From an uncultured Bacteroidales bacterium (GTDB lineage: Bacteria; Bacteroidota; Bacteroidia; Bacteroidales; UBA10428), in assembly GCA_963822145.1 (NCBI GenBank), contig CAWGGG010000004.1, forward strand, positions 698,939-762,938: DNA of 64,000 bases, given 5' to 3'. The notes below the pieces were generated by a model. It was given only the letters and a program-made list of their open reading frames with translations. It made no database searches and had not been told where the DNA came from. Both the position numbers and the translations under genes were made by a program. Positions 1 to 9,291 of this stretch are shown here, piece after piece (positions within the stretch are counted from its first letter, which is position 1; every line of letters begins with the position of its first letter).

Positions 1-87
1 CACAGGTTCGGTGATCAGCGCATTGAACCTGTCTATATTATCGAAACGGACAACGGTTATATTGTTGATTTTCTCAATCTTTAACAT
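1..87 (-). CDS. STAS-domain anti-sigma-factor antagonist, N-terminal part (runs off window edge)
   Basis: Manual translation from ATG at 87: MLKIEKINNITVVRFDNIDRFNALITEPV, which resembles a STAS N-terminus; 10 bp downstream of the Hpt gene. Confidence 0.55.
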   Translation of the reverse strand, partial: MLKIEKINNITVVRFDNIDRFNALITEPV

Positions 88-97
88 ATAGCAGAAT

Positions 98-451
98 TTA
101 AAAGTAAAGTTCCAGATTTTTGGTAACCAGGGTCAATTCACGGACCGCTTCTGCGGTTTCCTGCTTAAAAGCGGCAACAATTGCAGCATAGGTTTCAATG
201 TTTTTCCCTTCACGGGTAGATTGCTCAAGGTTTTTTAGTTGCTGGGCAAGATGATCCATGCCCAGGATGGATACCGAAGATTTTGCCTTATGTGCCAGCT
301 TACCCAAAGATTCATACTGCCCGCTGGACAGCAACTGATCCATAGACTGCCCAAATTCAATTACCTGGCTGTTAAAAATAGAGATCATTTCAAGCACCAA
401 TTCCTTATTGCCACCAGACATCTCGCGAAGGTAAGACAAATCAATATTCAT
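98..451 (-). CDS. Hpt (histidine phosphotransfer) domain protein
   Basis: 117 aa, IDLSYL N-terminus and LAHKAKSS phospho-His motif. Confidence 0.85.
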   Translation of the reverse strand: MNIDLSYLREMSGGNKELVLEMISIFNSQVIEFGQSMDQLLSSGQYESLGKLAHKAKSSVSILGMDHLAQQLKNLEQSTREGKNIETYAAIVAAFKQETAEAVRELTLVTKNLELYF

Positions 452-614
452 TGATTCTTATTTTGGATTCAATGATGAAATTAAGAATTTTCACCAAATA
501 TTGGTAGTCTTTTTATGATATATATTATTTTTTTACACGTCACTGCAATAATGTCGCTTTTCAACGAATTATCAACAGACGTCAAAAATCATAGTTGCCT
601 CAGCAGTTAAATGT

Positions 615-622
615 TATTTTTG
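615..622 (+). promoter_or_regulatory. Bacteroidota -7 promoter element (TATTTTTG) for gcvT
   Basis: Matches TAnnTTTG, 20 bp upstream of the ATG. Confidence 0.55.
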
Positions 623-642
623 AAACAGAGAGAATTTAAATT

Positions 643-1734
643 ATGAAAAAGACGGTTTTCAATTCCAGGCATCATCAGTTGGGTGCCCGTATGGTGGCAT
701 TTGCGGGATATGAAATGCCTGTTGAGTATTCGGGTATTAACGCAGAACACCTTGCCGTAAGAAATACTGCAGGGTTATTTGATGTGTCACACATGGGCGA
801 GGTTTGGGTGAAGGGCCCCGGATCGCGGAAGTTACTGGATTATGTCTTGTCCAATGATCCCGGCCTCCTTAAACCCGGTAAGGCACAATATACCTGTTTC
901 CCCAATGGAAAGGGCGGAATTGTGGATGATCTGATCGTTCACCAGTTTGATGAAGAGAAGTACTTGCTGGTGATCAATGCAGCCAATATTGAAAAAGACT
1001 GGAACTGGATCAATTCTCAAAACAGTTTCGGCGCTGTCCTGGAGAATTCTTCCGACCGGATTTCTCAGTTGGCGGTTCAGGGTCCTAACGCCATTCATAT
1101 CCTGCAGAAATTAACGGATCATAACCTGAGTGAAATAAACCCCTTCACATTTACAACCGGGACAATAGGAAGCTTGAAGAACGTCATCATAGCTGCAACA
1201 GGGTACACCGGATCGGGCGGTTTCGAGCTCTATTTCGAAAACAAGGAGCATTCCGAACTGTTGTGGGACGAGATCCTTGAAGCAGGTAAGGGGTATGACA
1301 TTCAGCCGGTTGGACTGGCCGCCAGAGATACCCTGCGGCTTGAAATGGGATACAGCCTCTATGGCAATGATATAGATGATACCACATCCCCGATTGAAGC
1401 CGGCCTTGGGTGGATAACCCGGTTTAACCCGGGCAGGAATTTTATTGACCGTGATTTGCTTTTAAATCAGAAGAATACCGGAGTTTCACGAAAGCTGGTT
1501 GGCTTTGAAATGATTGACCGGGGTATACCCAGACAGCATTATACCTTGCTTAATCCTTCAGGTGAGCCCATAGGCGAGGTGACTTCCGGCACCATGTCGC
1601 CTTCACTTAAAACCGGGATTGGCATGGGTTATTTAAAACCCGAATATACAGCACCAGGCAATGAAATTCGCGTAGCCATCCGCGATAAAATGCTGGCTGC
1701 ACTGATCGTGAAAATGCCTTTTTACAAGGGATAG
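643..1734 (+). CDS. gcvT: Glycine cleavage system aminomethyltransferase T
   Basis: [33 protein letters not shown] motifs. Confidence 0.97.
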   Translation: MKKTVFNSRHHQLGARMVAFAGYEMPVEYSGINAEHLAVRNTAGLFDVSHMGEVWVKGPGSRKLLDYVLSNDPGLLKPGKAQYTCFPNGKGGIVDDLIVHQFDEEKYLLVINAANIEKDWNWINSQNSFGAVLENSSDRISQLAVQGPNAIHILQKLTDHNLSEINPFTFTTGTIGSLKNVIIAATGYTGSGGFELYFENKEHSELLWDEILEAGKGYDIQPVGLAARDTLRLEMGYSLYGNDIDDTTSPIEAGLGWITRFNPGRNFIDRDLLLNQKNTGVSRKLVGFEMIDRGIPRQHYTLLNPSGEPIGEVTSGTMSPSLKTGIGMGYLKPEYTAPGNEIRVAIRDKMLAALIVKMPFYKG

Positions 1735-1747
1735 TTCACTTAATGCA

Positions 1748-2449
1748 TCATTCAACAATCGGATTCTCATTGGGCTGGTCTGATTCAATATGCCCGTCCA
1801 GCAGCCGGATTATCCGGTTGGCATGCCTGGCTATATTTTCCTCATGCGTTACAAGAATAATGGTATTCCCTTTGTTATGAATCTCCCGGAAGAGCGCCAT
1901 AATGTCAATGGAGGTCTTGGAATCCAGGTTTCCGGTGGGCTCATCGGCCAGTATGATGGCGGGATTGTTCACCATAGAACGGGCAAGTGAGACTCGTTGC
2001 CTTTGTCCGCCTGATAGTTCATTTGGCTTGTGTTCAATACGATCGGCAAGTCCAACGCTTTCAAGCGCAGCTTTAGCACGGGCAATCCGCTCCTGTTTGG
2101 GTACGCCTGCATAAACCAGGGGCAACATCACATTTTCAAGGGCAGAATATCGCGGCAGCAGGTTAAAGGTCTGGAATACAAAACCAATCTCTTTATTTCT
2201 GATTTCAGCAAGTTGATTATCAACAAGTTTACTGGCATTTTGGTTGTTTAAAATATAGGTGCCTGAGGTGGGGGTATCCAGACATCCAATAATATTCATC
2301 AGGGTTGATTTACCGGATCCGGAAGGCCCCATGATGGTAACGTATTCGTTTTTATTGATATCCAGAGAAACTGAACGGAGTGCCTCTACTATCTCCAATC
2401 CGAGATAATAATTTTTAACGATGGATTCCAGATGAATAACCTTGTTCAT
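1748..2449 (-). CDS. ABC transporter ATP-binding protein (LolD/MacB-like)
   Basis: GPSGSGKST Walker A, LSGGQRQR signature, [11 protein letters not shown]. Confidence 0.93.
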   Translation of the reverse strand: MNKVIHLESIVKNYYLGLEIVEALRSVSLDINKNEYVTIMGPSGSGKSTLMNIIGCLDTPTSGTYILNNQNASKLVDNQLAEIRNKEIGFVFQTFNLLPRYSALENVMLPLVYAGVPKQERIARAKAALESVGLADRIEHKPNELSGGQRQRVSLARSMVNNPAIILADEPTGNLDSKTSIDIMALFREIHNKGNTIILVTHEENIARHANRIIRLLDGHIESDQPNENPIVE

Positions 2450-2493
2450 GATTTCAGTTTTACAGGTATAAAATTAATACTATTCATGGATTG

Positions 2494-3273
2494 CTAATAC
2501 CGTAGCCAGAATTTTTGTTGCAGGTCTCCGAGACCCAGGAAAAGGATTCCCACCTGGAAGAGGTCCAGCACGACACCCGGGTGTTCTGAATCTCTAATAG
2601 TCTTCCATGCGCGGGCCATTTCTCCCGACCAGTTGATATCATCCAGGACCATGATACATCTGTATCCGGAGGCTTTTCCAAGGAGGTCGAAATAACGGAT
2701 CGTTGAATCAAAGATGTGGTTGCCATCGATATATACCAGCGTATTAGCGGAAGCGAAACGGATCAGATCCGGCAGGACATGATCAAAGGTATCGTTGATC
2801 AGGGTGATCTGTTGCAGGCCCCGGGCAACAAAGTTCCGGGAAGCCAATTCAGCCAGTTGTTTATTGCCTTCAACAGTTATGACCCTGGCTCCGGGATTGC
2901 CGTAAGTCAGGTATAGGGTGCTTATCCCTGCACCAGTTCCCAATTCAATGATCCGTTCAGGCTGATGGGTGCGGACGAGGTGGAACAGGAGCCTTCCGTA
3001 CTCCGGCTTTACTGATGCAGCTTTTGCCTTGCTGCCAAGAGTAAAGGTGCTATGCGGGCTTCTTGATCCTGCCCCGGGATCGGGGGTTTCGAGCAGTGTA
3101 TTATTGCTGTATATTTCTGAGCGGTATTTTTCAATCAGGCTGAATTCAGGATAAACTGCTTTGTTATACAGGATCTGTTCCATGAAGGATTGGACAAACG
3201 GATCGCCCATACTTCCGGACAATACACGGATCCGGTGGGCAGCATAACGGATAAGTTTTCCCAGTAATTCCAT
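2494..3273 (-). CDS. Class I SAM-dependent methyltransferase
   Basis: IIELGTGAGIST motif I, VYIDGNH, VLDDINWS. Confidence 0.85.
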   Translation of the reverse strand: MELLGKLIRYAAHRIRVLSGSMGDPFVQSFMEQILYNKAVYPEFSLIEKYRSEIYSNNTLLETPDPGAGSRSPHSTFTLGSKAKAASVKPEYGRLLFHLVRTHQPERIIELGTGAGISTLYLTYGNPGARVITVEGNKQLAELASRNFVARGLQQITLINDTFDHVLPDLIRFASANTLVYIDGNHIFDSTIRYFDLLGKASGYRCIMVLDDINWSGEMARAWKTIRDSEHPGVVLDLFQVGILFLGLGDLQQKFWLRY

Positions 3274-3365
3274 ACAGTATGAATATCGGAAGATTTCTTT
3301 CCGTGTGCAAATCTTTTTTACAACTTGAACAAACTTTTACGATATTTACGAAACGCACTGCTGTC

Positions 3366-5468
3366 ATGAACCGGCTGATTGATCAGGAAATTAAATATCT
3401 TAAGGGCGTAGGGCCCAAAAAAGCCGAATTGCTGGGTAAGGAGCTGGGCATGTATAATTTTCGGGATCTGCTCTATTATTTTCCCTACAAATATATCGAC
3501 CGTTCGCGGATCTATACCATCCGGGAGATCGACATGGCGCAGACCTTTATACAGTTGAAGGGGAAGATCCAGCATTTCAGGATCGAGGGCCAACGACACA
3601 GGCAGCGGTTGGTGGCGGTATTTGCAGACGCCACCGGAACTGTTGAACTGGTCTGGTTTCAAGGAATACAATGGATCACCCGCAATTATCAGCCCCATGT
3701 GGAATATATTGTATTTGGACGCCCTTCCCTATACAACAACCGTCTTTCCTTTGCACATCCTGAAATTGAAATACCGGGCACCGAAGACAGCCAGCTGTTT
3801 ACCCCCCTTCAGCCACAATATAGCACAACAGAAAAGCTCAAAAATAACTTTATAACATCCAAGACGATCCACAGGATGGTTGGTCAGGTTATTGCCCTGA
3901 CGGGCACCTTTGAGGAAACGCTACCGGATTCCCTGATCATAAGGCTCAAGCTGATCTCTCTTGGTGAAGCCCTCCGGAATATGCATTTTCCAGAAAATCC
4001 GGATAAGCTGAAAAAGGCCACCTACCGGCTTAAGTTTGAGGAATTGTTTTATATTCAGCTGCATATCCTGCTGCAAAAGAATAAGCGACAATTCTTTGTG
4101 AGGGGATTTGTTTTTTCCAGGGTGGGGGAAAACCTGAACAATTTTTACAGGAACAAGTTGGACTTTGAACTTACCGAAGCACAAAAGCGCGTTATACGGG
4201 AAATACGGAAAGATATGGGATCCGGCAGGCAAATGAACAGGCTTCTTCAGGGAGACGTGGGGAGCGGTAAGACTCTGGTGGCCCTTATGGCCATGCTTAT
4301 AGCACTCGACAATGGTTTTCAGGCCTGCCTGATGGCTCCCACCGAATTGCTCGCCAGCCAGCATTATAACACCATTACCAGGTTTCTGGAAAACATGGGA
4401 ATCAGTGTTCTGCTGCTCACCGGGTCCACCAAAAAGAGCATACGTGAATCGCTGCATGAGCAGTTAAGGTCTGGAGAACTGCACATCCTGATCGGTACCC
4501 ACGCCTTGCTCGAAGATACTGTTCAGTTCAGCAACCTGGGATTGGTGATTATCGATGAGCAGCACCGCTTCGGTGTTGCACAGCGAGCCCGTCTCTGGAA
4601 GAAAACTGACCAGTGGCCTCACGTTTTGGTCATGACAGCCACCCCGATTCCCCGAACACTGGCCATGACCCTCTATGGTGACCTTGATGTGTCGGTTATC
4701 GATGAACTTCCTCCCGGCCGCAAACCCATTCAGACCATTCATTATTATGAATCCAAACGCCTGGTACTATTTGGTTTCATGCGAAAACAGATCGCCCTGG
4801 GCCGACAGATTTACATTGTTTATCCACTGATCAAGGAGTCGGAGAAGTTGGACTATGTGGCACTGGAAGAAGGTTATGAAGCCATTTCCAGGGCATTTCC
4901 TCCCCCTGAATACAGGGTAGTTTGCGTTCATGGGAAAATGAAACCGGAGGATAAGGAAGCTGGTATGAAACTATTCATCAATGGTACCGCGCAAATCATG
5001 GTGGCCACAACAGTTATCGAGGTAGGTGTGGATATACCGAACGCCAGTGTCATGGTCATCGAGAACGCTGAGCGCTTCGGGTTGACGCAACTGCACCAAT
5101 TGCGCGGTCGTGTTGGCCGCGGCGCTGACCAGAGCTATTGCATCCTTATGACTTCCTATAAACTCAGCCATGAAGGCCGGAAACGGCTGGAAACCATGGT
5201 ACGGACCAATGATGGATTTGAAATAGCCGAAACAGACCTCTCCATGCGCGGACCTGGAGATATTGAAGGGACCCAGCAAAGTGGAGTTCCTTTTGACCTT
5301 AAAATTGCTGATCTGGGTCACGACGGACAGTTGCTTCAGTATGCAAGGGACTTGGCCGGACAAATTCTGGAAGATGATCCGCAATTGTTGAAACCCGAAA
5401 ATAACCTGCTTAAAGTCCAGCTGGCCGGGCAGGTTAAACCCTCCGGAGACTGGAGCTCAATTAGCTGA
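3366..5468 (+). CDS. recG: ATP-dependent DNA helicase RecG
   Basis: LKGVGPK, QGDVGSGKT, IIDEQHRFG, QLHQLRGRVGRG; start moved to ATG at 3366. Confidence 0.97.
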   Translation: MNRLIDQEIKYLKGVGPKKAELLGKELGMYNFRDLLYYFPYKYIDRSRIYTIREIDMAQTFIQLKGKIQHFRIEGQRHRQRLVAVFADATGTVELVWFQGIQWITRNYQPHVEYIVFGRPSLYNNRLSFAHPEIEIPGTEDSQLFTPLQPQYSTTEKLKNNFITSKTIHRMVGQVIALTGTFEETLPDSLIIRLKLISLGEALRNMHFPENPDKLKKATYRLKFEELFYIQLHILLQKNKRQFFVRGFVFSRVGENLNNFYRNKLDFELTEAQKRVIREIRKDMGSGRQMNRLLQGDVGSGKTLVALMAMLIALDNGFQACLMAPTELLASQHYNTITRFLENMGISVLLLTGSTKKSIRESLHEQLRSGELHILIGTHALLEDTVQFSNLGLVIIDEQHRFGVAQRARLWKKTDQWPHVLVMTATPIPRTLAMTLYGDLDVSVIDELPPGRKPIQTIHYYESKRLVLFGFMRKQIALGRQIYIVYPLIKESEKLDYVALEEGYEAISRAFPPPEYRVVCVHGKMKPEDKEAGMKLFINGTAQIMVATTVIEVGVDIPNASVMVIENAERFGLTQLHQLRGRVGRGADQSYCILMTSYKLSHEGRKRLETMVRTNDGFEIAETDLSMRGPGDIEGTQQSGVPFDLKIADLGHDGQLLQYARDLAGQILEDDPQLLKPENNLLKVQLAGQVKPSGDWSSIS

Positions 5469-5480
5469 GCCGAAACATGG

Positions 5481-6671
5481 TCAGGTAACCAGGATCATCT
5501 CGCCCTCAATCTCAAGCAATAAGTCATCCCGACAGATATCAGCAACAGTGTAGGTTATGGGCACCGCTGGAAATTTCTCATGGCATATAGATTTGACCTT
5601 CTCAATATCCTCCTTGTATTTGACATATACCCTTAAATAATTATAGTCAAATCTACCAGGAGGCAAGATAGGGCAATTACGTTTCAGGTTGTCATGATCA
5701 ACCAGCGACTCAATATTGCTGATGGTGCAGTGCGTCTGTTTTTCGACATCCCCGACTCCGATAGTCTCCTGTCCACTGATCGATGCAGTGCCGGAAATAA
5801 ATACCCTCACGGCATAAGGCGTGATAACCAGTTTAGCTCTTTCAAATTCAGGTGGGTGTTTGATGGGCTGTGCATTCATCGGTTTCCCTACCAGGACTTT
5901 TTGGGAATATTCGTATGGATTAACTTGCCTGGGACTCAGAATGGCAAAGTCAGAAGGTTCTTGCTCCGATTGAATAGCACAGATCTCCAGTGTGATATCC
6001 ATCAATTTGTCACCAATACCGGTTGCTGAAGGAAACCCTTTGACAGTGCGGAATTGCCCGTAAACGCTGTGTCTGATTTCATTGAAGATCTGATAATTCT
6101 GCATCAGGGTATCACAAATGGTGCTGTTTTGAAGAATACCGCCCACATAATTCCATTGCCGCATGATATGGTTAAAATTCATGTTCTCGGCAGCAAGTAT
6201 GCTCCGGGTTCCTTCAAAGGCATGCATGGCAACCACATCCTGGGGTAACTGAGTATCGCGACCGCTATGACCTGAAGTCCATAATTCCTTAAATCCTTGG
6301 GATTCAAATACAACGTAAGGATGGTCACCCGAAGCAGCGAAAGTTACTTTCACATGGCCCTTTCGAATAAAAACGGCTTCCACAGATACTGCATAAGGAC
6401 TTTCAGGCGCCTGCCCGATCAGGGCAAATGTCGGACATTTTTCCGGAAAATTCTGCCGTAAGATCCTGAAAATGTGCTGCTTTCTTTCAATATGCACGGT
6501 GTCATCTTCCGGATCAAAGAATATCACCAGTTTGAAAAGTTCTGCATCAGCAGCGGCAGCCTCGGCGATCAAACTTTGAATGCAATCATCCAAGGCTGCA
6601 AAAAAGCTGCCTGTGGTTTTTGGAAGTATAGATCTGTAATAGATAACCGAACTGTTATTGTTTACTTTCAT
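5481..6671 (-). CDS. FkbO/Hyg5/XanB2-like chorismatase (YjgF/RidA-fold family)
   Basis: RQWNYV, PSATGIG, SPRQVNPYEY, PEFERA, ISGTASI and C-terminal DICRDDLLLEIEG motifs. Confidence 0.7.
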   Translation of the reverse strand: MKVNNNSSVIYYRSILPKTTGSFFAALDDCIQSLIAEAAAADAELFKLVIFFDPEDDTVHIERKQHIFRILRQNFPEKCPTFALIGQAPESPYAVSVEAVFIRKGHVKVTFAASGDHPYVVFESQGFKELWTSGHSGRDTQLPQDVVAMHAFEGTRSILAAENMNFNHIMRQWNYVGGILQNSTICDTLMQNYQIFNEIRHSVYGQFRTVKGFPSATGIGDKLMDITLEICAIQSEQEPSDFAILSPRQVNPYEYSQKVLVGKPMNAQPIKHPPEFERAKLVITPYAVRVFISGTASISGQETIGVGDVEKQTHCTISNIESLVDHDNLKRNCPILPPGRFDYNYLRVYVKYKEDIEKVKSICHEKFPAVPITYTVADICRDDLLLEIEGEMILVT

Positions 6672-6816
6672 CTGACTTTCATAAAGGTTCCATGCACTGT
6701 GCCTGTTAGAACTACTGTAAGCACAATGCCATCAGTGCAAGTATAACAATAAATGTGAGAATTCCGCTCTTCCGTTTCAGGAAAATTTGAAAAAGGTGAT
6801 TTGTCTCATATTGTAC

Positions 6817-8454
6817 TTAGAGTCCAAGCACTCCAAGTCCCTGTTCAAAAACAATATCCACCGGTATGTCTTTTTCTTCAATACGTTTGAGGGTATTTTT
6901 CAGGTCCTCGTCCATTGCACCATAATCGCGTATCAGGGATGCTGCCTGCTCGTAATCACCGTCTCCCTGTAGGGTAAGAATAAGCGACGAAAGCGTGTTT
7001 ACCGCTTCCTTCATTTTTTCAAAATTAACGCTGTACTTACCCGTGGAATCAACAGCAAAGGCGTTGTTGCTTTTGAGATAGTTAAACGTGATTAGATTGG
7101 CCTTCCCATGCGCACTTGCTGCTCCGAACCTGACGGAACGAAAAATGCCCGCCATGAAGGTAGTATACGAGTTCAGCAGGTCAACATCGGTTTCTTTCAT
7201 ATCATTCAGACGGGTTTCAAGATACAGGCCGAGAATATCAGCTTTCCCTTCTTCAAGTGTCGAGTAATGTTCCTTTAAAGCCTCCCTGACGTTACCCTTG
7301 CCATTAATAGTCCGGGAAACACCAAGTCCGTGCGCAATTTCATGGAACATGGTATTGGTGAAAAAGGCGTCAAAGGTAACATGCTCTGCTTGAGCCTCGG
7401 GTGTTAGTTCCCTGGCGATCGGAATCAGTATCTTATCAAACTTGGCTTGCATGGCGTTCTTTAGCTGCAGTCTCCTGCTTCCTTTGGCAGATTGAACGCG
7501 CTCGTCATTCGGCAGATTAATGGCTATGGTTTTGCTGCCTGCATTGCAGTCACCTGCATAATAAATTACTTCATAAGCGCCCAGATCGGAGTTACTGCCG
7601 GGCACCTCGCTTTTGTATTTATCCGGTACCGGCAGTCCCCGCTGTAATTCCGGTAACAATTCAGCATATCGGGTGAGCTTTCTGCTCCAGTCAATATCCT
7701 TGATCAGGATATAGGCCTCGTGGGATGCCTTGTAGCCGAAGAGCTGGTCTTCATAGGTCTCTATGGGTCCTGCAACAAAATCAACCGTATTGGTTTTCAT
7801 ATCCATCCAGGCCATATCGCTCATCAGGTAATCATCTGTAAGAAAAGCACTGGAGCGAAGCATCAGGTATTTCTTCAAGCCTGGGTCATCAGCATATTCA
7901 GCGGCCTTTGTCAACAAGGAAGATGCTTTTTTAACCTGTTCACTGAAGGCTTCATGATAGGGGACCACGGAGAGCTGTCCCGCTTCATTGCGCCGGATCA
8001 GTGAGTACAAGCCTGTTTTTTCGGTGTCGCTGAACTTTTCAAATTCCTCAATGGTCATATCTGCGGGGTAATAATTGGCGCCGGGAGGTTTCAGACCAGT
8101 ACCGGAAACAAAAGGCTTATTGCCATTCAGTCTTTCCCAGGGTCCGTAGTTGATCCATGCAAGTTTCTTCAGTTCTTCACTTCCGAGGCGCTGCATGAGG
8201 GAATCTCTGTCACCAAAGGCTTCCTGCCAGAATATGTCATCCATGATCTCCGCAACCTCCAACAGGAGAGGAATCATTTTTTTCTCATTCGCAGTCAGTT
8301 TACTAATATCCGTAGTAAGGGCAAATAAAGCATAATCATTCAGTTTCATCATAATAGTGTCTTGGTTTGTGACCTTATCGGGAAGCACATGATGACATCC
8401 GGAAAAAACAATAAACAATGCCGGGATCACTAATGTAAGAATGATTCTTCTCAT
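6817..8454 (-). CDS. Peptidase family M49 (dipeptidyl-peptidase III-like) Zn metallopeptidase, probable lipoprotein
   Basis: HEIAHGLG and LEEGKAD Zn motifs, IAINLPNDE, GANYYPADMT; lipobox-like FSGC. Confidence 0.85.
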   Translation of the reverse strand: MRRIILTLVIPALFIVFSGCHHVLPDKVTNQDTIMMKLNDYALFALTTDISKLTANEKKMIPLLLEVAEIMDDIFWQEAFGDRDSLMQRLGSEELKKLAWINYGPWERLNGNKPFVSGTGLKPPGANYYPADMTIEEFEKFSDTEKTGLYSLIRRNEAGQLSVVPYHEAFSEQVKKASSLLTKAAEYADDPGLKKYLMLRSSAFLTDDYLMSDMAWMDMKTNTVDFVAGPIETYEDQLFGYKASHEAYILIKDIDWSRKLTRYAELLPELQRGLPVPDKYKSEVPGSNSDLGAYEVIYYAGDCNAGSKTIAINLPNDERVQSAKGSRRLQLKNAMQAKFDKILIPIARELTPEAQAEHVTFDAFFTNTMFHEIAHGLGVSRTINGKGNVREALKEHYSTLEEGKADILGLYLETRLNDMKETDVDLLNSYTTFMAGIFRSVRFGAASAHGKANLITFNYLKSNNAFAVDSTGKYSVNFEKMKEAVNTLSSLILTLQGDGDYEQAASLIRDYGAMDEDLKNTLKRIEEKDIPVDIVFEQGLGVLGL

Positions 8455-8467
8455 GATGTTTTTTATT

Positions 8468-8494
8468 CAAATATATTATTTAGGATCTAAATAA
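8468..8494 (-). promoter_or_regulatory. -7 box (TATATTTG) with an adjacent perfect palindrome TTATTTAG-gat-CTAAATAA (candidate operator)
   Basis: 8-3-8 palindrome at 8476-8494 directly abuts the -7 box at 8468-8475. Confidence 0.5.
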
Positions 8495-8550
8495 ACTATT
8501 GGTTTTTTCAAATATTGGGCAATAATATTCTGAATGTAAACCGGTAATTA

Positions 8551-9291
8551 TTACCTGAAAATTTCGAATTGCCGCAATCCTGTTTTTTGAAGCAGGTATG
8601 AGAAAGATACTCCGAGCACCCCTAAACCATATTGAATACTGCGTGACAGGTTAATGGAGGAGGCATCATCGAAATAACGGGTGGGACAGGTAATCTCGGC
8701 CACCTCGAAACCGGCATAAAATATCTGTGCCAGCATCTGATTGTCGAAAACAAAATCATCCGAGTTTACCCGGTAGTTGACCTTATGCAGCACTTTGCCT
8801 GAGAAGGCTCTGTACCCGGTATGATACTCTGAAAGCTTCTGGTTCATGAGCAGATTCTGGGTCAATGTGAGGAACCGGTTGGCAATGTATTTGTATACCG
8901 GCATGCCTCCTTTCAGGGCTCCCTTTCCCAGGATTCTTGATCCCAGCACCACTTCGTATACCCCGTTGGCAATAAGATAACACATCGAATGGATCAGGAG
9001 GGGAGAGTATTGGTAATCAGGATGGAGCATGACCACAATATCGGACTGCAATTCAAGCGCCTTGTCATAACAGGTTTTCTGATTTCCGCCATAGCCTTTG
9101 TTCTCTGCATGGGGAATGATATGCCTGATGCCCAGTTCTTCAGCCTTCTGCAGGGTATTATCACGACTGCGGTCATCTACCAGAATTACATGATCAACGA
9201 TATCGAAAGGAATTTCCCGGTATGTTTGTTCCAGGGTTTTTTCCGCATTATAGGCAGGCAGTACAACGGTAACTGTTTTATTGTAAATCAT
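8551..9291 (-). CDS. GT2 glycosyltransferase (polyprenyl-phosphate glycosyltransferase/DPM1-like)
   Basis: VVLPAYN, LVDDRSRD, NKGYGGNQK, HPDYQY, GYRAF. Confidence 0.9.
   Translation of the reverse strand: MIYNKTVTVVLPAYNAEKTLEQTYREIPFDIVDHVILVDDRSRDNTLQKAEELGIRHIIPHAENKGYGGNQKTCYDKALELQSDIVVMLHPDYQYSPLLIHSMCYLIANGVYEVVLGSRILGKGALKGGMPVYKYIANRFLTLTQNLLMNQKLSEYHTGYRAFSGKVLHKVNYRVNSDDFVFDNQMLAQIFYAGFEVAEITCPTRYFDDASSINLSRSIQYGLGVLGVSFSYLLQKTGLRQFEIFR

Noticed and set aside
452-642. Glycine riboswitch upstream of gcvT
   Set aside because: AT-rich, no GGAGA...CCGAAG...CUCUCAGG core, and the -7 box lies only 20 bp from the ATG
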